The notes beneath the pieces were generated by a model. The model had not been told where the DNA came from. It searched no databases and worked only from the letters and a program-made list of their open reading frames with translations. Shown one piece after another: positions 35,301 to 44,391 of a stretch of 64,000 nucleotides of DNA. The stretch is from the IMG/VR virus record IMGVR_UViG_3300045044_000056, positions 11,262-75,261 of that record; one strand, 5' to 3'. Position 1 is the first letter of the stretch. Each line of letters starts with the position of its first letter. Origin of the DNA: a virus. Both the position numbers and the translations under genes were made by a program.

Positions 35301-36068
35301 CAGCTTATCGAGGAAGGCAGTTAATGCACCGACGCCGGTGTAGATCGGCGTGTCGGTGTCGAGATATTGATCAATCCGGTCCGACGCTGGCCAGTTGGCG
35401 CTACCAGCACCCGCGAAGTTGGCGGCGATAAACTCGGTAAAGACCGTCGTGGTGATCAGCGCGGTGCCGACACGGAACAGCACGTTGTCGCCGTTGGAAC
35501 CGCCGGTCGAAGTTTCCTGCCACTCAAGCTGGAAGAACAAGTATTCGTTGTTGAGCGTGATGGCGCCGGGCGACCAAGTCGTAGTGCCCATGCCGTTGAC
35601 ATCAGCGGTCGTTGACAAGGTGACGGCAGTGCCGACCAGCGAGCCCGATGTCAGTTCGCGCGCCGAGGTGCCGTCCTGGTTAGCGCTCGCCCACACCCGC
35701 ATGTTCAAATGGCCGACGCAGCCCGCCGTGCTGGCGCGCAGCATCAGCGACAATGTCCAGGCACCGGATGCGAATTGACCGGTGTAGGCTACCGGCGTGG
35801 TGAAGAAATCGCCCGCCGTGGTCGCGCCGGAGCCGGTTCCTTTGTTTGGTCCGCTCGCTCCAGATATGAAGGATGTTGCTTGGCCGGTGGCCGTTGACGC
35901 TGCGGTCGCACCTAAGAATGCTTTGTAGAAGTTGATCGGCAGTTTGTTGATCGACCAGCCGAAGGCACTGTTAGCTGCAGTCGGTGCCGTGCCACCGTCC
36001 TGTAGGTTGCCGCCCCAGCCTGGCGAGGTGGCGGCAGTGCCGAGGATGTAAAAGGTTTTTGCTGGCAC
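32325..36068 (-). CDS. 1247-aa Ala/Gly-rich repeat virion/fibre protein
   Basis: Dozens of approximately 20-aa (L/F)AG(A/V)G(A/S/N)L(T/S) repeats between distinct N- and C-terminal domains. Confidence 0.8.
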   Translation of the reverse strand: MPAKTFYILGTAATSPGWGGNLQDGGTAPTAANSAFGWSINKLPINFYKAFLGATAASTATGQATSFISGASGPNKGTGSGATTAGDFFTTPVAYTGQFASGAWTLSLMLRASTAGCVGHLNMRVWASANQDGTSARELTSGSLVGTAVTLSTTADVNGMGTTTWSPGAITLNNEYLFFQLEWQETSTGGSNGDNVLFRVGTALITTTVFTEFIAANFAGAGSANWPASDRIDQYLDTDTPIYTGVGALTAFLDKLPLEQLNFTAVGALTADLGKQPLETLNWSASGVLTVDVGYELLGMHGGGRLTADMTVQHLAQLLQGSATLVGAGGANWTVVDVIDQLMQAKATLAGVGGANWTSVDPIDQLMQASGAFAGAGFANWTTTDITDQLLAFGTTLAGVGALTTPIALQKILYGPAYAGAGALTAAATQWETIASTLSGAGSLSLSIQPQKLLYGPTFAGAGGATWNSTQWMTVGTALAGVGALAADVTKLAAQLWQGSATFAGLGSLAVTDLQKLLPVTTLAGAGALSVPIAQWQVIAATFTGASSQTVSLNKLLPTTTFAGVGNLTSGSTQWHAIATALAGAGSLAITDLQKLLSTATFAGAASVNWTAVDVIDQLLVANASMPGAGGLSIATLQKVLYGPTYAGVGNILAVNARQLMQAASAFAGAGNLTSASTQWHAVTAGLAGIGAMSADAFRALLPTATFAGAGALTSGSTQWMVIATNYSGIGALTAAAIQRQQIASTLAGAASLLTDLYIPGHNLWSVEGNFPGVSALTANLQDRMAMALAMAGAGQFALPPSVTHWMGVSSVLIGAGQLAVTPQVQMPLVANFVGASTASIASTQWMLASSSLTANGALSIATTQWMAASTALTGASTLVADIVKLAGQLWQGSATFTGIGNLSAALQATLVASAALNGSSALTAQVAQQNQAAVAFAGAGALTSPAASVIEALAVAVAGQGAMTASATQRMSMPAAFAGVGALTSGSTQWMTARATLAGAGAIAADVVKYTPGIWQGSALLIGDSTLAAATLQRMSAGALLAGAGAVTASASARLLLATTSLSGVAALTVNAIAARVAQAALNGNATMTAAMQLQLSAQLALSGAGTFSAQARALLGLQTLLNGTCSLNVGVSHFQRVTTLLAAAGYIDTRLRLLQHIDQTQLAGTGALNASLLQTSIRVLTATIIGRASRSSLGVAGRRSAAAALAGRDTDEQIGIIGRPSAAAVGGQQNRLEKITGKGDFVTMH

Positions 36069-36367
36069 TAGTCGTCAACCCACTGGAACGTATAGGTGCA
36101 GTTGGGATAGTTCTTGATGGCGTCTGGATCGCCGGGCCACAGCACGCAGCCCATCATGTAATAGCTATCCTCCTGTCCCGACGGCACCGCACCGATATGG
36201 CCGATGCAGAAGCCGCGCCCTTCGGGACTGTCGCGCCATTCAAACAGCGGGCAATAACCCGCCACGGCCGGTGGATGAGTATCCACCAGCGCCGAGATGC
36301 CGGACGGCGGGCTACCCTTGCAGCAATCGCCGCATCGGCAGCAATAGCCGCCGCGCACCCAGCCCAT
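36068..36367 (-). CDS. Small Cys-rich (YkgJ-like) protein
   Basis: GYCCRCGDCC...CP...C...GC..WP...PNCTY; TGATG overlap. Confidence 0.65.
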   Translation of the reverse strand: MGWVRGGYCCRCGDCCKGSPPSGISALVDTHPPAVAGYCPLFEWRDSPEGRGFCIGHIGAVPSGQEDSYYMMGCVLWPGDPDAIKNYPNCTYTFQWVDD

Positions 36368-36768
36368 CAGCTCAGCGTGATGATTAGCGCCGAGGTGGCC
36401 AACACCAGCGAGTCGCCCGCGAGCGGTGTGCGTGGCGTGGCCAAGTTGCCGTACCACAGCATATTGCCAGCGGCCGACGAGATCGTGTCAGCAATGAACA
36501 GTCCGCTGATCACCGCCGAGGTCGAGAACGGCCCGAAGGTGGCGGCCGCCGAGTTATAGGTCGAGCCAGAGCCGGCCGGCGTGGATGCTGGCGCGAACCC
36601 AGGCGACTGCCGGGTGTAGCCAGAACCGCCAGCCACTTCGGACGACGCGTTGGAAGCTGGAGGGCCCAGACTGAGCCCGATGTATGCAGCAGGAGGAGAC
36701 GCGGGGGCGGCGCCTTTCAGCACCCAGTCCAGCATGTTCTTCTGCGCCCACAAACCGATATTTGCCAT
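36367..36768 (-). CDS. Small phage tail-fibre-associated protein (Gp80-like)
   Basis: LDWVL...P.AAYIGL...EV.GGSGYTRQ...GNMLWYGNL...GDSL. Confidence 0.7.
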   Translation of the reverse strand: MANIGLWAQKNMLDWVLKGAAPASPPAAYIGLSLGPPASNASSEVAGGSGYTRQSPGFAPASTPAGSGSTYNSAAATFGPFSTSAVISGLFIADTISSAAGNMLWYGNLATPRTPLAGDSLVLATSALIITLS

Positions 36769-36771
36769 AGA

Positions 36772-37464
36772 TCAGTCTCCTTCTGCTTCAGATTGATAAA
36801 AGGCCACGCGGCCTCTTGCGAACTCAAACGGTTCAGGCTCACCGATGAGCCGGAACTGTCGTTGTAATTCAGCCCAGACATCTTGATGGTCATCCAACCA
36901 ATCAAACTGTCGAGCGTACAGCACCGGCACGAAACGACCTGGATCGTTCACCACCAGCAATAGACCGCCGGGTAACAGATTGCGGTGCAAGAACGCGATG
37001 TCCTCAGCCGGCGCCCGACAGTGTTGCAGTGTCCACACCGTTATCGCCGCATTGAACTCAGGTGCCAGCTCGTCGCACATCTCGGCCGACATCGGAACGA
37101 ATCGGTTGCTGTTGACATACACCTCGGCCATGCTGCGCATAGTTTGAGAGATGTCGATGCCGACCACGCGACAGCCGTAACGTGTGATGGCGACCTTGGC
37201 TAATCGACCGATGCCACAGCCGTAATCGAGCAACCAACTGTCCTTGTTCAGCCCGAGCCGATCAAGGTACGGCAGCATAGCGTTGCTGTCCTGCTCCCAA
37301 CGATGCTCGGTATCTATATGTCTGTCGGGATATAGAATTACCTGTTTAGCCTGCTTGATCGATTGCGCATTGAAGATCAGCGGATTGTAGTCGGCATCGA
37401 CGACCGGGCCGATGCTGGCGCCAGAACCGTCAACGGCAATGGAACGAACGAGCGTGCCGCGCAT
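36772..37464 (-). CDS. Class I SAM-dependent methyltransferase (start uncertain)
   Basis: LLDYGCGIGRLA, VVGIDISQTM, VWTLQH, LLPGGLL. Confidence 0.85.
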   Translation of the reverse strand: MRGTLVRSIAVDGSGASIGPVVDADYNPLIFNAQSIKQAKQVILYPDRHIDTEHRWEQDSNAMLPYLDRLGLNKDSWLLDYGCGIGRLAKVAITRYGCRVVGIDISQTMRSMAEVYVNSNRFVPMSAEMCDELAPEFNAAITVWTLQHCRAPAEDIAFLHRNLLPGGLLLVVNDPGRFVPVLYARQFDWLDDHQDVWAELQRQFRLIGEPEPFEFARGRVAFYQSEAEGD

Positions 37465-37465
37465 G

Positions 37466-37705
37466 TCAGTGCCGCTGTACGATCTTGCCATCCTTATCGA
37501 CGACATGAACTTTGCTGTCATCGATACCGAGCTGGCCGAACCCTTTGTGCTCCGACAGTGAATTGGCCTGCACCGGGCGGCAGATTTGATAGAGCGCGCG
37601 CGGCTGCGTGCCAGGCACCAACATCCAGCCCTCCTTAGTTTTGGCTTCCAGCGCCTGTTGAATGCTGGGGTCGAGCGGAAGGATCAGAATGTCGAACTCA
37701 AGCAT
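37466..37705 (-). CDS. Hypothetical protein
   Basis: GGAGGA SD; 79 aa. Confidence 0.6.
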   Translation of the reverse strand: MLEFDILILPLDPSIQQALEAKTKEGWMLVPGTQPRALYQICRPVQANSLSEHKGFGQLGIDDSKVHVVDKDGKIVQRH

Positions 37706-37723
37706 GTTTCTCCTCCAGACACG

Positions 37724-37746
37724 AAAAGCCCGCCGGAACGGCGGGC
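37724..37746 (-). terminator. Intrinsic terminator
   Basis: GCCCGCCG stem, 3-nt loop, U4 tract on the minus strand. Confidence 0.6.
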
Positions 37747-37775
37747 CATCAGTTCTGTTTGTTCCTTGGTTTTGG

Positions 37776-39617
37776 CTAAGGACTTAATAGTTTCACTGCG
37801 GTCTTCAGAACGAGATCTGCGCTGATATCGCTAATACAAGCCGCGCCGTTGCCCCATTGGTTGACGCGGCAAGTCTCTAGATCGGTATGCAACCGGTGAC
37901 ATGGCCAACATGGAACGCGCTCTGGGTCGGCGTGCAGCGACGTGGTGTTGAGCCAATGCTTGGTGATGTTCTCGACCGAGGCATGACTGTGCAGCATGAT
38001 CTTGGGCATTGGCTCAAATGCGACGCCCCACATCAGCCCAGTATCGGGGCCGATCATCAGGTCGAGCGACTGCGTGAACGACAACGAGCGCCGCAGCGGC
38101 CAGCCCTCGCCGCCAGCGTGGTGCAGGCCGTCGTGGTTGCCGTTCTGCGCCGTGACCATTTCCAAGCACTGCTTGGCCAGCGGGAAGTCGGCGCGATCAC
38201 CTTCGCCGCCGCCGATCAATACCACCTGCGCACCGATCTCTTTGATCAGGCGGCTGATGGTCTGCGGCGTCTGTGGGTAGACCTTGTCAACGCGGGTGCC
38301 GTTCAGGCACCAGCCAATGATCGGACCCTTGCCAATTTTATCCTTGGTCTGTTGCGCCAGCTCAATTTCCTGGTCGGTCGGCCAGAACAGCTTGTCGAAC
38401 ACATATGGCATGCCGAACAGATCGTGCGTGCTCTCCAAATAGCTGCCGCCGAGCAACTTGCGGCGATACTCTTGCGGCCACCAGAATGCGCTCTGGATGG
38501 GAAAGGCCGCATGCAACACTTCGACCGAATGCCCGAGATTGACGAATTTGGCATATTCCTTACCGCGTAAGACGAACACTTTCTGCCATGCCAATGGGTC
38601 CTGCGGCCAGTCTTTATGCTCGTATACGCTGAGCTTGTCGATGTAGGGGTTGTTCTCGAAGATCACCGAGTTTGGCGTCTGCGTAATCACCTCGACCATG
38701 AAGCCGGCATCCTTCAACGGCTTGCATACCGAAGCTGCAATCAGATTATCGCCGATGCCGCCGAACCGCACCACGCCAGCCCAGCTCTTAGCACCGACAT
38801 CACGGCGCGCACGTGGGCGCCCAGGCAAGGCCGGCTGTAACGGTGCGATGATCGAAGCGTAGGGGACTACTTGCTCAGTCGGAATTGCTAGAATGTTTAG
38901 ACTGCGATAGTTGAACTGCGGCAGCAACTCAGCCTTATTGTAATTGCGCGGATTGAAGATGTGCGGACTGTGCGTGAATACTTTATAGTCGTAGCGCTCA
39001 ATTAGACCGATCAATTCTGCGCTGCGGTCCACCCGTCCAGCGTGGTCGTTCTCGACATACAGAATGGGACGGCAGCGCTCGATCAGTTGCTTGGCGCCGC
39101 GCAGCACTTCACATTCCATGCCCTCGACATCGACCTTGATAAAACTGACTGGACTGTCGAGCATGACGGCGTCCAGCGTATCCATGTCGACCTTGCCGCC
39201 GAAATCAATCTGTTTGTTAAGTTCGACGCCGCCGTAATTCTTGTGCGGCACCGCCGCCAATGGCGGCACAATCATCTCGCCGTAGCGATCGCTGACCACG
39301 AGCTGATGCAACTGCACGCGATCAGACAGTTGTTGGGTGTTACGCTCCAGCAGATTGAAGTTCTCTGGCTGTGGTTCGAACGCGTGCACCTTGCCGTCGC
39401 TGCCGACCATATCGGCGAACGGCAAGGTCAGCACCCCAATGTTGGCGCCGACATCGAGCACGGTCCAGCCCGGCTTGATGATCTGGCGCAGAAACTCGAC
39501 CTCTAGTTCGCTGTATTCCCCATAGAGCGCAAGGCTGGCGCCAATGAACAGGTCATCGGCGTAGTAGCTCATCTCGCCATAGCGCGTGGCAACGGTCTTG
39601 ATATTGCTCGCCAGCAT
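37776..39617 (-). CDS. FkbM methyltransferase fused to a GT9 (heptosyltransferase-like) glycosyltransferase
   Basis: N-terminal: YGEYSELE, VLDVGANIG, FEPQP, IKVDVEGME. C-terminal: RFGGIGDNL, ENNPYIDK, DLMIGPDTGLMW. Confidence 0.85.
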   Translation of the reverse strand: MLASNIKTVATRYGEMSYYADDLFIGASLALYGEYSELEVEFLRQIIKPGWTVLDVGANIGVLTLPFADMVGSDGKVHAFEPQPENFNLLERNTQQLSDRVQLHQLVVSDRYGEMIVPPLAAVPHKNYGGVELNKQIDFGGKVDMDTLDAVMLDSPVSFIKVDVEGMECEVLRGAKQLIERCRPILYVENDHAGRVDRSAELIGLIERYDYKVFTHSPHIFNPRNYNKAELLPQFNYRSLNILAIPTEQVVPYASIIAPLQPALPGRPRARRDVGAKSWAGVVRFGGIGDNLIAASVCKPLKDAGFMVEVITQTPNSVIFENNPYIDKLSVYEHKDWPQDPLAWQKVFVLRGKEYAKFVNLGHSVEVLHAAFPIQSAFWWPQEYRRKLLGGSYLESTHDLFGMPYVFDKLFWPTDQEIELAQQTKDKIGKGPIIGWCLNGTRVDKVYPQTPQTISRLIKEIGAQVVLIGGGEGDRADFPLAKQCLEMVTAQNGNHDGLHHAGGEGWPLRRSLSFTQSLDLMIGPDTGLMWGVAFEPMPKIMLHSHASVENITKHWLNTTSLHADPERVPCWPCHRLHTDLETCRVNQWGNGAACISDISADLVLKTAVKLLSP

Positions 39618-39637
39618 CAGTCCTCCCTCAGCTTTGA

Positions 39638-40087
39638 TTAGCTGATCGTTGCGATGAAATTGTTGAACGCGGTCTGCAGTCCGGCGGTTTGTGTTGGTGT
39701 AAATTGGCGCGATGTCCGGCTACCGTCTGCATTCAATGTGTTGCCCAGCAGATAGCCGCCGGTGCCGGTCGGGAAATTGGTCACAACCCAGTTGATGCAA
39801 GCCTGCGCGGCGTTGGTCGCAGTGGTGCAATCAGCACTCATGCTGCCGACGTAGCCTTGTCCGGTCGCGTAACTGTCGAGTCCTGTCGTTGCTTTCCACT
39901 GATTGATCTGGGTGATGAAATTGTTGAGGTAATCCAACAGTCGATACACATAGTTGGTATCGATGTTGTTGGCTTGCATGTTGCTCAGCGCATTCTGCGC
40001 TTCCATTTTGAGGCCACCGGCGAGATTGCGGATGTTGTTGTACGCATCGCTGGGCGACATGGCACCTTGCTGGGTTTGTAACGGCAC
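39638..40087 (-). CDS. Hypothetical virion-region protein
   Basis: GTG start after AAGGAG; Thr/Asn-rich. Confidence 0.65.
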   Translation of the reverse strand: MPLQTQQGAMSPSDAYNNIRNLAGGLKMEAQNALSNMQANNIDTNYVYRLLDYLNNFITQINQWKATTGLDSYATGQGYVGSMSADCTTATNAAQACINWVVTNFPTGTGGYLLGNTLNADGSRTSRQFTPTQTAGLQTAFNNFIATIS

Positions 40088-40102
40088 GTGTTCACTCCTT
40101 CG

Positions 40103-42124
40103 CTAAGCAAGACCAGGCTGGAAAGAACACCCAGCGGTGTGAAGAAAACTGCTATAGCCAGTTTGAATATCGTTCCAAGTAGCGGTAAAACTGCCGGACG
40201 CCGCCGCTGTTGTTACAGTTGCATGCGCCCAGGATTTTGACGCCCAATTCAAATCAACGATGTTTGCATAAGCATATTCCTGGTCTTTGGTAGGCGTTGG
40301 AGCGCCGCCAGAGCCAGACCAAGTGCAGTGCGTGCTACCGCTTAGTGTTGTATAGGGGACGCCAGACACCATGACGGCGCCGCCTTTAGCCGCCAAATCC
40401 AAAGAGCCGGTGCTCGTCGTGCTGCCACTAGGAGCGCTGCCACGGATCGGATTACCAGCATAATCGGTGCCAAAAACCGACCACAAATAAGCATCAATCT
40501 CTAGATCGACGCCGCCGCTATCGATTGACAGAGTAAGAGTGGCGCTGCTGCCCGTTGGATAAGAAACCCAGAAAAGAATGTGACCCTCATAGGAACCTGA
40601 ACTGCTCATAATCTGCGTGCACGAAGTGCCGCCAAATGTGCAAGTTGCACCAAACAGATTTGCGGAACTAAGATTATTGTTTGCTGTTATTGAAAATGCG
40701 AAGACCACAATGCGATCAGCCGAAGCAGCAGCGCTTACTGCTGTGTTGTTGCTTGGCGTGTACGTGCCGCCGCCCGTAAACTTGCCGAAGTTTACAAGGT
40801 TTTCTGGCGTGATAGTGACGGTCTGCGGCTTCTTCAAAACCCCCGTAAGCGAACCAGCGCCAGCGAACGATGACGAAGCGGCCCAAGCGGTCACCGCCTT
40901 GACGATGTCCGCCGTCAATGCGCCGACGCCAGCGAGCGTCGGCCCCGGTAATGCTTTCTGCAGCGTCGCAATCGTCAGTGCGCCAGCGCCCGCATAGGTG
41001 CGCGTATTGAACAGCATTTTCTGCAAGTCGGGTGATGCCAGGCTGCCAGCACCGGGAAGCGTAGCCTGCCCGCGCATCAACTGGTCGATCGGGTCGGTGG
41101 TCGGCCAGCTGGCCAAGCCGCCGCCCGCGAAGGCAGTCACCGTCGCCGCCATCAGATCGCGCAGGTTTGCAACTGCCATATTGCCCACACCGTTGAAGAA
41201 CACGAAGAAAGCTGCAGCCAGCACATTGGCAGTAAGCGAGCCAGCACCGGTCATCGTCGTGCCGCGTATTGCCAACAGATTGATGGTGTCAGCAGTCAGC
41301 GAACCGACGCCGGTGTACACCGGGAACGTCGGCACCAGCCGCATGCGCGGGTTGACCGTCAGCGTCGTAGCGCCCTGCAGTGCGGCCGGATAGAAGAACT
41401 TGGTCACCACCGGATTGGTGTACAGCGTGCCGACGCCATTGAATGGCAGCGGGATGCCAGGCTGCGGGCCCGACATGTTGGCGCGCATCTGACCGAAGCC
41501 GTCCCACTCGATCGGATCGATGGGATACGGGATGCCCAGGAACGGCGGGATCAGACCGCCGACCGCCGACCATGGCGCGGTCTCAAACAGCCAGTTGATG
41601 ACCACCGTCCCGGTCAGGCTGCCTGCACCCAGTAACTGCGCCTCGCCGTACGGCTGCAGCTTGGCGATGTCCATCACCTGCTGGAACTTGTGCACGACGT
41701 CGGTCAAGCGCGCGTCGAGCGCTGCGAGGGCGGCCTCGTCGGCCGTCACCCGCGCGGTCAACGCCGCAATCGTCGCTTCGTCGGCGAGCTGCTGCGCCTG
41801 TAGCGCCGCCAGCTGGCCTTCCAGACTTGATGGGTCGAAGGTAAGATTGCCGTTGGCGTCGAAGTAGAGTGCGCCGCCTATTCCTATCCGCTGCGCCGGG
41901 CCGATGTCGTTCCGGTAGCGTCCGACGAGCGACGGTCCATTGACGTCGATCTGGATGCCGTCGTTGCCCCAGTTGGTGACGATGGTTTCCATGATGCCAT
42001 CGTCAAGGTGGGCTGTATGGTAGGCGCGGGGATAGAATTGTTGGAGGTTGCAATAGAAGCCGCTGTCGCCCGCGAACTCTGCCTTGAGGTAATGAACCTG
42101 AGGCCGAAGACGACGGTTGGACAC
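40103..42124 (-). CDS. Tail-fibre-like protein (coiled coil, AGxG repeats, distinct C-terminal tip)
   Basis: LEGQLAALQAQQL...LDARL coil; AGAGSL repeats; Ser/Thr-rich AT-richer tip. Confidence 0.7.
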   Translation of the reverse strand: MSNRRLRPQVHYLKAEFAGDSGFYCNLQQFYPRAYHTAHLDDGIMETIVTNWGNDGIQIDVNGPSLVGRYRNDIGPAQRIGIGGALYFDANGNLTFDPSSLEGQLAALQAQQLADEATIAALTARVTADEAALAALDARLTDVVHKFQQVMDIAKLQPYGEAQLLGAGSLTGTVVINWLFETAPWSAVGGLIPPFLGIPYPIDPIEWDGFGQMRANMSGPQPGIPLPFNGVGTLYTNPVVTKFFYPAALQGATTLTVNPRMRLVPTFPVYTGVGSLTADTINLLAIRGTTMTGAGSLTANVLAAAFFVFFNGVGNMAVANLRDLMAATVTAFAGGGLASWPTTDPIDQLMRGQATLPGAGSLASPDLQKMLFNTRTYAGAGALTIATLQKALPGPTLAGVGALTADIVKAVTAWAASSSFAGAGSLTGVLKKPQTVTITPENLVNFGKFTGGGTYTPSNNTAVSAAASADRIVVFAFSITANNNLSSANLFGATCTFGGTSCTQIMSSSGSYEGHILFWVSYPTGSSATLTLSIDSGGVDLEIDAYLWSVFGTDYAGNPIRGSAPSGSTTSTGSLDLAAKGGAVMVSGVPYTTLSGSTHCTWSGSGGAPTPTKDQEYAYANIVDLNWASKSWAHATVTTAAASGSFTATWNDIQTGYSSFLHTAGCSFQPGLA

Positions 42125-42133
42125 ATCATTGCT

Positions 42134-43543
42134 CTACTGGAAGAAGACCCCGCCTTCCGGCATCGACGGCAGCGGGATCGGCGCCTCCGGCGGCGGCGGT
42201 TCCGAGAACTGCGGCAACATCGTAGCCGCTACTCCCGAGTCAATCGGTTCGCCAAGCGTCGCGGCCTGCTCTGCGAGTGACGCCGCTATCGCCCCTACAT
42301 TAAGCCCCGCAGCTGCTTCGGCCATCGCCTTACCGGCCGCTACCGAGTCCTGATAAGCGGTGCCGACATTCTTGCTGGCCGCGGCAGTGACCTTAACGAC
42401 GACGTCAAGGTTGGTGATGTAGCCGGCGCGCGAATAGACGTGCTCGACCGCGTCCCACATGATGTAGGTGCCATCGACGCCTGGCCGTACCCCGATGAGC
42501 TGGCACAGGCTGCCGTACTTGGCCTTGGGCTCGCCGTTGATGACGATGCGACCGTGGCCCATCGCCGAGTTGGAGGTGCGCTCGCCGGTGCCTTCATTGT
42601 CGGCGCCGGCCTGCGCGGCATTGGGTGCGGTGGCTGGCAGGATGTAGTTGGCTAACGTCTGCGACCACGGGTCCTGGAAGTTGAACATCTTGCCGATGCG
42701 TTTCCAGTTGGCCGAGAGCATCGAGTAATGGCGCTGCTGCGAACCGGTCCAGCTGCCGCGGGCGGCTAGCGGCCGCACCCGTAGGCTGATGAGGTTGTGG
42801 CCCCATTCGGCGACCACATCGCCGCCGCCTTCGCCCGGCATGAAGATGTCGACCTGATTGCCGTCGTGCCAGCGGTGCAGCGCGCCGTACTTCTCCATCA
42901 GCGTCGACACCAAGTGCATCGGGCTTTCGTTATTCTGCTCCCAGAAGTCGTGCATGATGCTGCCGAAGAGGCCGGACGCCCCACCCGACAAGTTGGCCTG
43001 TGCGCCACCCTTGCTGGTGAAGTGCTGTATCCAGTCCGACGCCGATTTGGTCTCGCCCTGGTCCTGGCCGTCGGGCGCGCCCTCGCCCATGTTGTCCGAG
43101 TCCGGTTCCTTGATCTTGCTATACATGTCGGCGCCGTAGGCGTGCACCCACATGCGGCGACCGCCGCCCTGGCGCGCAAATCCGTACTCCAGATCCTGCT
43201 GGCGACCGCGGAACACGGTGGCGCCGCCTTCATTCTCCCATCCCAACTGCACCACCACCGGCGCATTGAACGGCGGGATCGGCAGGCGGCCATCGCGGTC
43301 GTCTACTTCGATTTCGCAAGTCGGAAGGGAACGATCAACGATGCGCACCGCGATCAGGTGCGGGTCGAGCCGATGCGTGATGTCGACGCCGCCGAACTCG
43401 ACCTTGCACCAGGCTTTCAGCCGATTGGTCTGGATCGGGTCGCCCAGGAACGGGTCGAACCCATCGCCGGGATCGACATACATGCCGCCCGCGGCGTTGA
43501 CTAACTTCGCTTTCAGCGGCAGCAGATCGAGCTTGTTCATCAT
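42134..43543 (-). CDS. Late control D / baseplate hub protein (P2 gpD-like)
   Basis: VEFGGVDIT.RL...CEIEVDDRDG...VQLGWE...F.G; GDG-type indirect features; position after gpX. Confidence 0.75.
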   Translation of the reverse strand: MMNKLDLLPLKAKLVNAAGGMYVDPGDGFDPFLGDPIQTNRLKAWCKVEFGGVDITHRLDPHLIAVRIVDRSLPTCEIEVDDRDGRLPIPPFNAPVVVQLGWENEGGATVFRGRQQDLEYGFARQGGGRRMWVHAYGADMYSKIKEPDSDNMGEGAPDGQDQGETKSASDWIQHFTSKGGAQANLSGGASGLFGSIMHDFWEQNNESPMHLVSTLMEKYGALHRWHDGNQVDIFMPGEGGGDVVAEWGHNLISLRVRPLAARGSWTGSQQRHYSMLSANWKRIGKMFNFQDPWSQTLANYILPATAPNAAQAGADNEGTGERTSNSAMGHGRIVINGEPKAKYGSLCQLIGVRPGVDGTYIMWDAVEHVYSRAGYITNLDVVVKVTAAASKNVGTAYQDSVAAGKAMAEAAAGLNVGAIAASLAEQAATLGEPIDSGVAATMLPQFSEPPPPEAPIPLPSMPEGGVFFQ

Positions 43544-43809
43544 AATGTGTAAGCCCTATCGGTCCACAGAGTGTCAGTCGGCAGCAGTTCGATCTTGCCC
43601 AGGATGAGGGTGGGATCGATCGGCACACGCAGGAAAGTGCCGACCGGAATGAACGGGGTAGTGCGATGCGCAAACGCCAGCTGCGGGTTGGCGTCGAGCA
43701 TGATCTCGACCATGCCCGGCGCCTTTCGGCGATAGCGTTTCCAGATGATCAGGTCTGCGGTCACGTAGTCGGTCGTGACTTGCCAGAGCTCAAACCCGGT
43801 GATGGCCAT
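43540..43809 (-). CDS. Tail protein X (P2 gpX-like)
   Basis: D.IIWKRY...VEIMLDANPQLA...IPVGTFLRVP. Confidence 0.8.
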   Translation of the reverse strand: MAITGFELWQVTTDYVTADLIIWKRYRRKAPGMVEIMLDANPQLAFAHRTTPFIPVGTFLRVPIDPTLILGKIELLPTDTLWTDRAYTL

Positions 43810-44390
43810 CAGCCAAGACCTTGGGGGTTTACAACTGTTCCCCACAGGCTCGATATGCGCTGGTCGTTGGCCGGCACCGGAACGCGCACCATCACGCACT
43901 CGAATGCGACCTGCTGGCCCATGCCTTCGGCCGACAGATGAGTATGCGCGCGCACCAGCTTGTGCAGCGCGAACCAGCCCATCACCTTGCCATCGCCGCG
44001 GATCAGGATGTTGACGATGCCGTCGCGCCGCTGCAGTTCCATCGCCTCTAGCTGGAACATGCCCTGGATGCGATACGGAAACACCCGGCCGCGGAAGAAG
44101 ACCTGCTCGTCATTCTCACCCACCCACTCGCGATAGATCGCAGCGCCGGCAATCTCCTTGATGGCCCAGTCCGTCTCTGTGTCGTGATCCAGCTCGTGCG
44201 TATTGAGCCCGACCACCACGAATTGGATCGGTCCCCATTGATACAGGATATTGTTGACGCCGCTGTTATAGACCGGCGCATGCAGGGCAGGTGGGTTCTT
44301 CTGCCATGACGCGATCGGCAGCGGGCTGACTTCGCCCGCTGTCTGCAGCGACAGATAGTCGTCGAGCGTATAGGCTGAAACGTCGGGCAT
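43809..44390 (-). CDS. Tail protein U (P2 gpU-like)
   Basis: LYQWGPIQF...WA...EWVGENDEQVFFRG..FP...GDG..MGWF. Confidence 0.8.
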   Translation of the reverse strand: MPDVSAYTLDDYLSLQTAGEVSPLPIASWQKNPPALHAPVYNSGVNNILYQWGPIQFVVVGLNTHELDHDTETDWAIKEIAGAAIYREWVGENDEQVFFRGRVFPYRIQGMFQLEAMELQRRDGIVNILIRGDGKVMGWFALHKLVRAHTHLSAEGMGQQVAFECVMVRVPVPANDQRISSLWGTVVNPQGLG

Positions 44391-44391
44391 T

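Noticed and set aside
32325-42124. Diversity-generating retroelement acting on the fibres
   Set aside because: No reverse transcriptase and no adenine-specific template/variable repeat pair seen.
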